64,000 bases of DNA from NCBI RefSeq assembly GCF_009914755.1, contig NC_060932.1; one strand, given 5' to 3'. Both the position numbers and the translations under genes were made by a program. Source of the stretch: the human T2T-CHM13v2.0 reference genome, Homo sapiens. Under the pieces are notes generated by a model. That model had not been told where the DNA came from. It was given only the letters and a program-made list of their open reading frames with translations, and made no database searches. Shown here one piece after another: positions 31,094 through 42,929 of this stretch; within the stretch, counting starts at the first letter, position 1, and each line of letters opens with the position of its first letter.

Positions 31094-31483
31094 AATATGG
31101 ATGGAAAGTTTGTGTCCTCCCCAAATCCACATGTTGAAACCCTAACCACCAGTGTGATGGTGTTAGGAGGTGGGGCCTTTGGGAGGTGATTAGGACTAGA
31201 TGATGTCACGAGGGTGAACCCTCATAATGAGATTCATGCCCTTATACAAAGAGGAAGGTACCAGAGAGCTCTCTCTCTCTCTCTCTTCATCAGGTGAGAA
31301 TGCAGGGAGAAGGCAACCATCTGTGACCTAGCAGGAGAACCCTCACCAAGAGCCTGACAATGCTAGAACCCTGATCTCAGACTTCCAGCCTCCAGAGCTC
31401 TGAGAAATCAATGTCAGCTGCCTAAGCTGCCCAGTCTATACCTGCCCAGGTATTCCATTATGGCAGCCTGAGCTGACAAGTCT
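31094..31483 (+). mobile_element. MLT1A-like solo LTR
   Basis: 'tttgtgtcctccccaaatccacatgttgaaaccctaacc...ggaggtggggcctttgggaggtgattagg...gacttccagcctccagagctctgagaaat'. Confidence 0.85.
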
Positions 31484-32848
31484 ACCGCTTGACATCACAC
31501 ACATCCTCAGGTGTGTGAATGGTTTCACTTCTTCTTTCCTAGGAAAAGAGTCATTAAACTCTACACGTTTCACACAATCCTCTTGTGATCACAGCCACAA
31601 GGGAAAGCTCAGCTTACTGAACTGTGTAGGGATTCTGTTACTGTCTCACTGCACAGTTGTCTTCCTCTAACTGTTGAGAATCAAAGGCTATAGGAGGATG
31701 GGTCTGCTTTGTCTTGAACCACAAACTTCTGAAGGACTGAAGGAGAGAATCGCACTGCGGGTGACTCACTTCTGCTTCACACTCTGATATCCCCATGAAA
31801 AGGAGCCTGCACACAGGCAGTGAATTCCAGACGGAGCTGAACTCTCAGGTCCTCTTTCTAAATTCTCAATCTATCTAAAAGAATACACATACAGGTGAAA
31901 TTTTACCTCCCTGCTAAAAACCTTAGGGAAAGCCAAAGTTCATAAGCCAGAATCTCTGAGAAGTTTCTTGAAACTATAGTTTGGTTAGGACCAGCCTGAA
32001 TAAAAAACTGATGAATCCTCGGTTCACATCAACAAAAGACGGGAAAGACGGAATGGCTCCAGTAGCTTCTCAGGAATAGCCCCAGGGGCTTGAGAGAGCA
32101 GAAACTGCGACACACACAGGATCAGGGCCAGCTTGTCAAAGGTAAATCTCAATGCTTACATCCAGGCAGGATGGGAAGGACCCTGAACTTTCCCAGGCAA
32201 GGTCAGCAGACGAAGGAGGTTCTCTACAACAGGTGCCCAGGCGGTCAGACATGCCACCCGGAGGAGAGGGCACTACACACCCTGCACCAAACAGACAAGA
32301 GAAACAGCCTTTGCTGTGCAAAATCAAAACATGTTACTTCCATCTCTTGAAGGATAAAGAGTTCTGTACTCTGGCAGATTCGAATCACAACAAAGACAAT
32401 CCATTTCCTTCTCCCCTTAATCTGGATCTGAAAGATTTGAAGAGGAACCTACCCAGTTTCAAACAAAGCCCATTTCAAATTTTAATACCAGGTCACCCTC
32501 TATGAGGTTGAAGAAAAAGAGAAAAAGTACTGTTCCTATGAAAAGCTTCAGCTATTCAATAGAGGAGATTGATCCCAGGAATCAGAGCAAGTGTACACCT
32601 TTAAAATGGTGATGCGGAGGATGATCTCTAAATTGTATTCAAACAAGACTTAAGCAGCTATTAGGCTCACAAAACAAGTGTAGGGGGTGACGAAGATGGA
32701 CAGTGTGCCCACCATATGGAGTGGGATGGAGGGAATATGGAGATTGTGTATTACAAAAACCAAATAAGTAAAGTGGAACATGAACTTGAGAAATTCAAAT
32801 GGAAATTTAAAAAAAAATAGTAAAAAAGTGACTAATGAGAGAGAAATG

Positions 32849-32903
32849 CAAAAAAAAAAAAAACAAAAAACAAAAAACAAAAAACAAAAAACAAAAAAAA
32901 AAC
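32849..32903. repeat. A-rich (CAAAAAA)n simple repeat
   Basis: caaaaaaaaaaaaaacaaaaaacaaaaaacaaaaaacaaaaaacaaaaaaaaaac. Confidence 0.9.
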
Positions 32904-33344
32904 AGGGCAGGTATAGGAATTGAAATTCCAAGAGGAAGATCAGAGCAGAGGACATCATCATTAAAGGAGGCTGCCTTTGGCTTTAGAGCAAAAGGTGCAC
33001 TGGATCTCAAGCAATAGCAATGAAAAGTTACCCCAAACAGAAGTCCCCAGTATATATACTTTTTAATTTAATAGAGAAAAAAATTTTATAAACATCTTAG
33101 TTGAAAAATAAATACACAAAGAGAGTACTTGACAAAAAAACAATAATCAAGGGGACCTCACGTCATTTATGAAGCATTAAATGCCAAGAAACAAAGAAGC
33201 AACAAGAGTATTTTGAAATGCAAAACAAACAAACAAAAAAGAAAAACAAAACCCTCACTTGAATTCTATGTCACATAAGTTGTCTTTCATGTGTTAAGGT
33301 TTAGGCCTGGAAGGGCTGAGAAAATGTGTTTTGCTTATATCTTT

Positions 33345-33638
33345 TTTGTTGTTGTTGTCAGAGACAAAGTGTTGCTCTGTTGCCCAGGATGCAGTGCAGT
33401 GTGGAAATCTCAGTTCACTGCAACATCTGCCTCCTGAGTTCAAGTGATTCTTGTGCCTCAGGCTCCTGAATAGCTAGAATTACAGGTGTGTGCCACCACG
33501 CCTAATTTTTGTACTTTTAATAGAGACGGGGTTTCACCTTGTTGGCTAGGCTTGTCTCAAACTCCTGGCCTCAAGTGATCCGCCCACCTCGGCCTCCCAA
33601 ATTGCTGGGATTACAGGTGTGAGTCACTGCACATGGCC
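33345..33638 (-). mobile_element. AluS (Sz-like)
   Basis: Reverse Alu with a perfect 14-bp TSD 'ttgcttatatcttt' at 33331-33344 and 33640-33653. Confidence 0.93.
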
Positions 33639-33692
33639 CTTGCTTATATCTTTATAGGTAAAATTTTGTTTGGTGCTATAGTCTTCTCTAAT

Positions 33693-33861
33693 ATAATAAT
33701 AAATATTTTAAACTTTGTGGGCCATACAGTCTCTGTAGCATCTACCCAAGTCCACCACTGTCGCATGGAAGCACCACAGACAATATGTCAATTACAGGGC
33801 ATGGCCAACCTAGCTGGTAGAACTTTACTCACAAAAGCAGGCCATGATTTGCCGACCTCTG
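33693..33861. mobile_element. MER58A-like (hAT-Charlie)
   Basis: 'taaatattttaaactttgtgggccatacagtctctgt...cacagacaata...tttgccgacctctg'. Confidence 0.8.
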
Positions 33862-36829
33862 TTCCATCTGGGAGATTAAGAAAAATCCAGAGCACAGGAG
33901 TGAGTAAGTCATAATATATAATAGGAGGACAATTGGTAAACTAAATTATAGAGAGATACAAAAGACAGGAGAGGCAATACAAAATTTAATAAAAATAATC
34001 TAGTTTTAAAATGCACTATTTTATTAACTAAAAGATAGAGGTTTTAAAGAGAAGGGAAAAGAAGAGTGTGCTAAACTTCTCACCTTCCATGGGCAAAGGT
34101 GGGTGGTGGAGTAACAGAGAGAACTGAAGGTTTAAACATGCTTTTGAAAAACTAGAAAGTTATGTCTAGTAAAATTAAAAACAGGAGACAAGCTTTCCAA
34201 ACCACCACAGAATTAAAAAGCAAAGAAAAAAGTTACCCGTTTTACGAAAGACTGAAAATAGTGAAAACGAAGGAAGCATAGAGCCAGAAAGCATATGATA
34301 AGTTGACAAAAATCACACCAAATAATCTGTCACAATAAATGAAAATTAGTTAAATCCTTATTAAGGACAAATACCCATATTAGAAACATGGATTATGAGA
34401 AATCCATTTGATGTGAAGTACACAAGCTGCTATATAAAATGGTGAACAAATGTGAATAAAAATAGATTAGAGATTGAAATATTATTTTTTTAAATGTGCA
34501 TATCCAGGAAAAATAATTAAATAGAACAAAAAGTCTATCTTTAAATGAAGATATTATTGATTTGATCTTTTATGCATGAAGCAAAAACATAAACATATAT
34601 AAAGCAAAACTTGTTAAAAATGTAAGAAATAGTGGGAAGAAACCTGGTAGCAAAGGGAAACTTTATCATACTTCTCTCAATATTTGGCAAGTAAAGTATA
34701 TAATAGATAATGGTAAGATAAATAAAGATTAATGGATAAAGAAGATCTGGAAAACACCACTATTAATGTTTAGTTAATATATACACTAAAGATTAAATCT
34801 ATTGTGTATTAATTATTGATTACATATTAAGTCATTAAGAAAATCTCAATAAGTCCCATAAGCTAAAAATTATTGAGCTCACACTCTCTGACCACAATGC
34901 ATTAAATTAGAAATTACATTTGAGAAAGTGGGAGATAAAATTACCAATGATTTTCAAATGAACAAACAACAACAACAACAACACAATGAATCCTTTCCTG
35001 TCTACACAGGACAAGGGAAATATTAAAAGCAGGAAGGCAGACTGATTGGATGACAGCACTGCCTACCCAAACATAAGGGAAGAAACTAAACTTTGCGTAG
35101 AAGCAAATGTACAGCTTGGATTGTTTTTAATCTTAGACAAGAAAGAATTAAAATAGATGAACTAAACATTCTGGGTAAGCTAATATTGAAAAGCAAAATA
35201 TAACCAGAAAATAAAAGAGAGAAATCTCTAGAGATTACATTAATGTACTGGAAAAGAGATTAAAATGACTAATAAATTCAGGACTTGGATTCTTTGAAAA
35301 AAATTAATAAAATATACAGGCTTTCAGAAAGTCTGAGCAAAGACAAAAAGAAAGAAGAAAGATAGCAAAGAAATAAAAAGTTACAGAATTTCATGTAGAA
35401 GTCTATGCTAAAAACTTGAACCTCAATGAGAAGGCAAATGGAAAATACGAAAATAAAGATTATCAAATCTGACGATCAGAACAGACCACTATCCATGGAA
35501 GAAATAGAAACCAGTCTCAAAGAATTGCATCCATAAAAGGAGCTGGGCCCGAATGTTTTATAGGCAAGTTTTTCAAACCTTCAAGGAACACATAATTCTT
35601 ACGGTATTTAAGCTGTTACAGTTTATAGAAAAAAAATGAAAAGTGTCACAATTCGCTTTATGAAATTAACATAAACGTGCTACCAAAATGTAACAAAGAC
35701 AGTGCATTAACGTAAAACAATAGACTCATTTCACACAGAAACACAGATGCAAATGAGAAGTGAAATATTTCCTGTGATACAGCAACATGAATAACGGTGA
35801 TGTCACCTGATTGAGTAGAATTTAATCCAAGAATACATGGAAAGGTTAATAATATGAAATAAAATTTTATCAAATCAATGTCAATGAAAAAAGATTATAT
35901 TGATGGATATCAATAAAGCAAATGTTTAATTTAACAAAATTAAAAATTCATTTTTATTGAATAATATTAAAAATGCAAACAAATTAAAATACATTTTAAA
36001 TCTAGATCTGTATAGTTTTGTAAACTCTAGAAAGATATTTCTTTGATATGATGGAGTATATCAATCTAAAACCAATGGACAGTGTCATATCTGTCAAAAT
36101 ATCAAAGCAGCATTTCCCAACTTCATTGTTTAATCAATTTTCCAGGAGATGTTAGCAGATGTGCTTAAAACTAAAGTCTAAACAACAGTTCAAAAGTAGT
36201 TTGGGAAGTAAATGGAGTGACAAAATGAATCCAGAGTTTTCTTGGCAGAATGAATGTACAATAGACAAAATAATTTTGAAAAAGAATATTCATCCAGGCC
36301 TTAAACTAGAGAATATTAAAATGTATTATGCAACCACAGCCATTAAAGTAATGTGACAGCAATACTAGAGCAGAGAGACAGATAAATGGAAAAGAAGCGA
36401 GTGTATTCCAAAATAGATCCAAAATTCTTTTTAATATAACAAATGTGGTTTTCCAAATAAGAAAGGAAATGATGGATTATTTGATAAGCCTTTTGAGACT
36501 ATCTGGCTAACCATTTCAAAATAAATACTGTGAGGCATAATCTACCAAAATACAAACATGAATTCCAGGTAGATTACAAATGATGCTCTAAAAGAATGAG
36601 GAGGAAACAGACTTACATTGTGGAAGGTCTCTCTGAGCATCCCTGAGAAGGCACATTCAATGAAAAAACATGAAAATATTTGACTATATAAATATTTTAA
36701 ATGTCTAAACATTTGCAAAAACCATAAAACAACAAAATGCAAATAACCAAGTGGAAAAGATAGTTTTAAATATGTATAAGGATTATAATATTTTAAAATA
36801 TTCCTCATCTTTATTCTTTTCTTAGTAAA

Positions 36830-36880
36830 CCTCTCTCTCTCTCTGCCTCTCTCTCTCTCTCTGCCTCTCTCTCTCTCTGC
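36830..36880. repeat. Interrupted (CT)n microsatellite
   Basis: (CT)n-GC units repeated three times. Confidence 0.9.
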
Positions 36881-37092
36881 TGTCCACTTGGCTTTGCTAT
36901 TCCATAGAAGGTGGATGCCACTCTGGAAAGGAGGAGGAGTGTCCCCTTTAGCCAGAACAAGGAAGAGGAAAGACTTCCCTGTCTTCCCTGAGGGACTGTG
37001 AGAAAGGTGGGGAAGAAGGTAGTGGAAAGAGGCAGTTGGCATTTGTTCTGAGCCCTCTCTCTCAACAAGAGTGGTAGGAATGCCTGAAGATT

Positions 37093-37247
37093 GGCTGGGC
37101 ACGGTGGTGCATGTCTGTAGTTCCAACTACTCAGGAGGCTGAGAAGAGAGGATCACTTGAACCCAGGGTTCTAGGCTGCAGTGAGCCATGATTGTGCCAC
37201 TTCACTCCAGCCTGGGTGACACAGCAAGACCATGTCTGGAACAAAAA
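37093..37247 (+). mobile_element. Free Alu right-arm monomer (FRAM/FAM-like)
   Basis: A single monomer of about 155 bp flanked by TSD 'aatgcctgaag' at 37079-37089 and 37248-37258. Confidence 0.85.
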
Positions 37248-37647
37248 AATGCCTGAAGTTAAAGCGGGGCGGTGGGGGGGGGGCAGGCAGAGGTGCTTTC
37301 TCCCATTCTCCATTCTGGGTGTAGTCAGTCCTTTCCATGAGAGCCACCATACCTGTTAATGTGGCAGCCAGTGTGGTGGGGTAGAGAGTGTGGTGTGGAA
37401 GGAACCCACCAGGCTCTCTGTGCCCTGAGACTGGGATGGAAACATTGTTGAGAATTTGGTGCAGGAGGTTGTCAAAGTTGTTCACAGGGCTGCAGGGACA
37501 AAGTGACTCCCTGGCCAACAGCAACAGAGCCAGTGTCACTGGAGCCAGGAAACAATGGAGTCATAGTCAAACCCTCTCTGACTACTATGACATTTGTAAG
37601 CCCCTAGGCGTGGTCAGTATCTTAGAGGGCAGATCTGAAAGGCCCTG

Positions 37648-37969
37648 TGCTGTGGTCTGAATGTTTGTGCCCCACCCCCGAAATTCCTATGTTGGAATCC
37701 TGGCCCCCAGTGTGATGATATTAGGAGATGGGGCCTTTGGGAGGTGATGCAGAAAGAGGCCCCAGGGAGCTGCCTCACTCCTTCCACCAAGTGAGCACAC
37801 AGCTAGAAGGTACCATCCATAAAGATGAAGGTAGGTCTTCTTCAGACACTAAATCTGTTGGTACATTGAGCTCAGACTTCCAGCCTCGAGGATTGTGAGA
37901 AATAAATTCCTGTTTACAAGCCACCCAGTCTATGGCATTTTATTATAGCAGCCTGAATGGACTAGGACA
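37648..37969 (+). mobile_element. MLT1A0-like solo LTR, internally deleted
   Basis: 'tgctgtggtctgaatgtttgtg...atagcagcctgaatggactaggaca'. Confidence 0.85.
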
Positions 37970-38050
37970 CCAAGGCATCCAAGAGACTGAATATGCAAAG
38001 ATGATGCATAAATTATTGGATTTGAATGAGTTTATTAAATTTAACTAAAA

Positions 38051-38113
38051 GTGTGTGTGCATGCATGTGTGTATGTGTGTGTGTGTGTGCATGTGAGTGC
38101 ATGCATATGTGTA
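38051..38113. repeat. Imperfect (TG)n/(CA) microsatellite
   Basis: gtgtgtgtgcatgcatgtgtgtatgtgtgtgtgtgtgtgcatgtgagtgcatgcatatgtgt. Confidence 0.85.
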
Positions 38114-38387
38114 TTTCCATGGAAGTTTGTAGAAAAGATCACATCCGTTTTTGGAAAATAAGCTACATCTTCTTGGCACATTTGCATATAGTGTGAGAAG
38201 ACTGGCAACCCAGGATTTGTGATAAATAAGTAATTATTTATCTTCAATGTATAAAATGAGCTTACCGATAAAAAAAAAAAGACAGAAAAACTGCTGTATA
38301 AAAAGTGGCCAAAAAGCACCGATAGGAAATTTCACAAGAGGAGAAATATAAGTGATGGATAAAAATATAAAAAGAAATGTTCAAATA

Positions 38388-38612
38388 AGAACACATGACA
38401 CGGGGAGGGGAACATCACACACTGGAGCCTGTTGGGGGTTGGGGGGCAAGAGGAGGGAGAGCATTAGGACAAATACCTAATGCATGCCAGGCTTAAAACC
38501 TAGATAATGGGTTGATAGGTAAAGCAAACCACAATGGCACATGTACACCTATGTAACAAACCTGCATATTCTGCACTTGTATCCCAGAACTTAAAGAAAA
38601 AAATAAGAAAAG
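38388..38612 (+). mobile_element. L1PA8-like 3' end, inserted in an older L1
   Basis: 'gagagcattaggacaaatacctaatgcatg..gcttaaaacctaga'. 18-bp TSD 'aaaagaaa(tg/ca)ttcaaata' at 38370-38387 and 38613-38630. Confidence 0.9.
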
Positions 38613-39259
38613 AAAAGAAACATTCAAATAGCGAAGAAATAGAAAACATAAAAATGAAAAGCCACTAGGCAAGTGTCAAACTGGCAAACCAAATAGCAGG
38701 GCTAAAATACAGTAAACTTGTTAGACAAAGAAAATGCCTTAGAAAACTGTCCTCATATCCACCATGAAACCATGAGGTGACAGAACACAGCAATGACTTT
38801 GTTACTAAGTGACTAAGGATTATTACTCCATCCAAGTAATAACTCACTTGTCTATAGCCTGACTTGAAAGAGTCAGCTATTGTTCAAAGCATTGTTAGAG
38901 CTCATTGTTGATGTCTTCTGAGCCTGCAGCACGTTCTTTTGAAAATGATGGTAAATCTTCATTGACAGATTTGTCTTGTGGAAAGAGCCAAAATTAATTT
39001 AAAGCCAAGTCTGGTTATACTATTTCTGATCACGAGAAAGCTTTTCTCATAAATCTAAGCTCTGAAGGCAGTGACAAAAGAGGCATTCCAGAACGATGTG
39101 GCAGCTCACGGAAATAAGTTTTTTAAATGGCACGGTAGAAGGATTGCACTTGGCAGGATACAGCTCCCCTTGTCCTGCATAAAGGTCTCCCAACTGGTCT
39201 ATCCACAATCTTGTTTTCACTAAGCCTTTGATAATCTTGAAATGCTGTATAAACTCTAT

Positions 39260-39775
39260 CATGTCATTCCTGCTCATCTTTGGATAAAAACACAAACTTG
39301 TATAATGGCTATAAAGCCTTGTTTAGTCTGGTTCTTCCCTTTCCAGCTTCACTGGACACCAGTTATCTCTTGGCCTCTTGTTTCTGGCCACAGTGGCCTT
39401 CTAGAAAGTCATTATGGACATTAAGCCAGCCCCACTAAAGTCTTCGCACGTTCTCTTCCCTCCCTCCCCATTTTTGCCTTTAAACACCTACTCATTCAAT
39501 AGATCTGGACTTAATAGTCAAGCCCTCCTTCCCAGAAAGACCTTTCTACCCTCCCAGTCCAGGACCACCCTTAGCCACAGGACATATTTTCAAGGCACCA
39601 TTTATGTTCCCTTCATTGCTCTGTACACGGTTTTCGATAACTTAGTGTGGCTATCTGATTAATGTCTATCTCCTTCTGGAGATTAGAAGCCTGCAGGGAG
39701 GCAAAGATCCCAGTTGGTTTTACTCAGTGCATTGCATGAAGCCTGGCATATGGGAAGTTCTCAATATAACTGATG
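39260..39775 (+). mobile_element. L2 3' region
   Basis: 'aatgtctatctcc...gattagaagcctgcagggaggca...gcctggcatatgggaagttctcaata'. Confidence 0.7.
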
Positions 39776-39804
39776 GATTAAAGAGAAATGTAATTTGGCA
39801 CACT

Positions 39805-40212
39805 TGTGAGGTCGGTGATCTGCAAGAGGACTACAATGATCTGCCCCTCTGTGTACACACTTGCTGCTCTCCCATCAAGAGATGAGTCTGTCTCGCTTCC
39901 CCTTGAACCTAGGCTGGTCTCCTGACTTGCTGTGACTGCAGAATGAAACAGCAGTGATGCTGGACCAGGTGTGAGCCTAGCTCTTCAAAGGCCTCACAGT
40001 TTCTGCCTTGGCTTTCTTGGGGGAGAGCTGCCATGCTATAAGAAGGTGGTTTAGAAGGGAACAGAGGCCACCAAGACTCACAGCCAGCTTCAATTGCCAG
40101 GCAAGCTGGGTGCTGACGTACTTTTGACCATAGAATCATGAGACATAGATGGCTGCTGCTTTAAGCCACTACCTTTTGGGATGGTCTGTGGTGTAGTAAG
40201 AGTAACTGAAAC
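39805..40212 (+). mobile_element. Old MLT1 (F/G/H-like) LTR
   Basis: 'gctctcccatcaagagatgagtctg...ccttgaacctaggctgg...gctgctgctttaagccactacctttt...taactgaaac'. Confidence 0.7.
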
Positions 40213-40240
40213 GCTGGCTTCTTATCTTAAAATAAATTCT

Positions 40241-40533
40241 AGCCAGGTGTGGTGACTCATGCCTCTAATCTCAATGTTTTGGGAGGCTAAAGAAAAAGGA
40301 TTGCTTGAGGTCAGGAGCTCAAGACCAGCCTGGACAACACAGCAAGATCCCATTTCTATAAAAATAAAATATAAAAATTAGCCAGGCATGGTGGTGCATG
40401 CCTGTAGTCCCAGCTACTCAGAAGGCTGAGGTGGGAGAATCACTTGAGTTCGAGGCCGCAGTGAGCTATGATTACCACTGAACTCCAGTCTGGGTGAAAG
40501 AATGAGATCCTGTCATTAAATAAATAAATAAAA
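40241..40533 (+). mobile_element. AluJ (Jo-like)
   Basis: Dimeric Alu with (TAAA)n tail. TSD 'taaaataaat(t/c)cta' at about 40228-40241 and 40534-40547. Confidence 0.9.
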
Positions 40534-41969
40534 TAAAATAAATCCTAATGGCACTAGTTTTTCTTCACACCATTATCTCTAAGAGGTGAACCTTTTCCAT
40601 GAGAACTAGGGAACTGCTCCCTTTGTACCTGCAGTGAAGCAACCCTCAACCCCTGGTTATCTTGGGCATCCGCAGAGGGTTTGGGATTATCATATATCAT
40701 TGTATGTACTTGTCCTTTTTCCTTGTCATTTTTCATATACCTTTGCTAGGTATCTAATTGTTCAGATGTTCTGCTCCATTAGGGCAGGGATTTATTTGTC
40801 TTTATCTCCAGTGATTCTATAGCTTCCTGGCAAACAGTATATGTTCAATGAAACTGCTGAATGAATGAATGAATCATTCTCTGCCTCATTGCCTCCACCT
40901 GATAAATCCACTGCCAGCTGTGCCCTCCTCAAACATCCAATCTTAAAACACATTTTTCTGCTCTATCAATGTGCTGCCTTCTGTTCTTTTATAAACATAA
41001 TCCTCAAATATTCTATGTCTATGTAAGCCACATCTCAGCCCAATGCTGCCTCCTTTGATTCAGTGGCAACAGCAATCAATGGCTTAGGTCCTATAATAAC
41101 GCTGGGTTTTGTGTTTAAATCAGATAACATATCCAGAATTCAGACACGTAACTATGTTTTCAGTGATTGTTGCCTTTTCATCTTCTTTCCAATGCTTTCT
41201 ATTTCTTAGAATGCCAAGGACATCCACCCCTCATGGCAACATCTGCATGTTGACATACATCAGTAATGGTCTGTGAATCATTTGAATTCTGGTAAGATGA
41301 ACATTTATTACCATTTACTCTGAGTTAGGCACTATGCTGGGCAGCTGACCTATATAACATCCCCTGTTATATGAAAAAGAAAGCCTAGGTTTAAATCTCA
41401 GGCCAACAGTTTCTCCATTCAGCAGCACACTGCCTCTGGAACTAGTGGGCTCTAGACAATGAGATGAAATCAACAAAGATGATTCATAGGCTTTAGATGC
41501 TGGAGCTTCCTGAGAAGCAGAGTTCTTATCCTTCCTTCTCTTTCGTAGGTTGAAGGCTGACACCGTCATAGTCTCTCTACTCATCTCCATGGCCAAAATT
41601 TGCTTTTGAAAGCATTTGCTCCAAAGTATAAATGACTGTTAACAACTGCACATGGCACCCCCCTCCCTTGAAGGCATTCTGAATTTCAACCAAACATTTA
41701 GGATGCAAAAATGGAACAAGATTAGCAAGATTTAGACTTGGAAGCAGGCAAGTCAGATTCCTCCCAACAGTCATGCTATTCAATGCAGCAAGCAACCCAG
41801 CCTTAGTGGAGAGAAGCTTGGGAAAAGGGAACGTGAGACTTCTCACAATATACAGGAAGGACCTTTGCAGTCAAATAGCCTACTCACCTGATTTTCCTGG
41901 GTCAGTCCCTATTAAACATGGGTGTTTCACTTCTCAGCTGTGGATAGCACACTCATCCCTGCCCTGGTT

Positions 41970-42061
41970 TCAGTTTTTAACCTCTTTCCTCTCCCGCAGC
42001 CTAGTGCAGACCGACAGCCCTTTTCTCCAAAACAGCACGTCATATTTAAGAATGTATGTCC
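41970..42061 (-). CDS. ADRA1A: Alternative terminal coding exon of ADRA1A (truncated 6-TM isoform)
   Basis: Acceptor ...tattcaag|GG at 42062/42061 is phase-compatible with the 46940 donor, giving ...MPIG-TYILKYDVLFWRKGLSVCTRLRERKEVKN* (883+92 nt = 324 aa). I recall this tail from a curated truncated alpha-1A isoform but cannot verify it here. Confidence 0.7.
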
Positions 42062-42621
42062 CTTGAATATAATAATATGATAGTATATTTATTCTTCTGC
42101 TCACATTTTGCATGAAAAACATACTTAAGACAGTTAATAAAAAAACATATAACATCTCGTTGACGACCCAGCAGAAGTAGTGCCATCTTCTTTAAGTCTC
42201 TGCTCTGTCAATGGTCATGCATGTAGAAGCTTCTCAGTGACCTCTCGGCACAATGAACTGCTATATTCCTTAGCACACTGTAATAATATCATTCTGAGCA
42301 CCATCCTGAGCACCATGTAATAATATCACTCTGAGCACCTATGTCACAGACTTGCAATAATTGTTGACAATTTGTCTCCTTAACTAGACTGTGAGGCCCT
42401 TGAGGGCACTGTGTTTTATTCATCTTTTTTATTCTGTGTAGCTGAGAGCCTGGTGCTTATTACATAGCCAGTACATTCTTGGAGGAAATCATCTCTTACT
42501 CAATTGGTGTCAGGAAGAAATTGAGAGCCACAGACTGGCAGGTTCAGGGATCCTTTGCACTACTGAGCAGCTACTCAGACCCTGTGAACTGTATGTTCCC
42601 TACTTCCCTCCTGTCATATCA

Positions 42622-42920
<299 letters not shown>

Positions 42921-42929
42921 ACCTCACTA

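Larger units (their letters stand above)
32600..36810 (+). mobile_element. Highly decayed ancient L1 (L1M5/L1ME-like) ORF1-ORF2 remnants
   Basis: A-rich plus strand with L1 motifs: 'ctctctgaccacaatgcattaaattagaaatt', 'gggcccgaatgttttataggcaagtttttcaaaccttcaaggaaca', 'gaatttaatccaagaatacatgg'. Confidence 0.65.

Noticed and set aside
32650-33017. Phe-rich and Lys-rich ORFs suggesting membrane or basic proteins
   Set aside because: Artefact of the (CAAAAAA)n simple repeat.
36542-37126. 194-aa minus-strand ORF
   Set aside because: It is stitched from an Alu monomer, a (CT)n repeat (ERERGRERE) and antisense L1 sequence.
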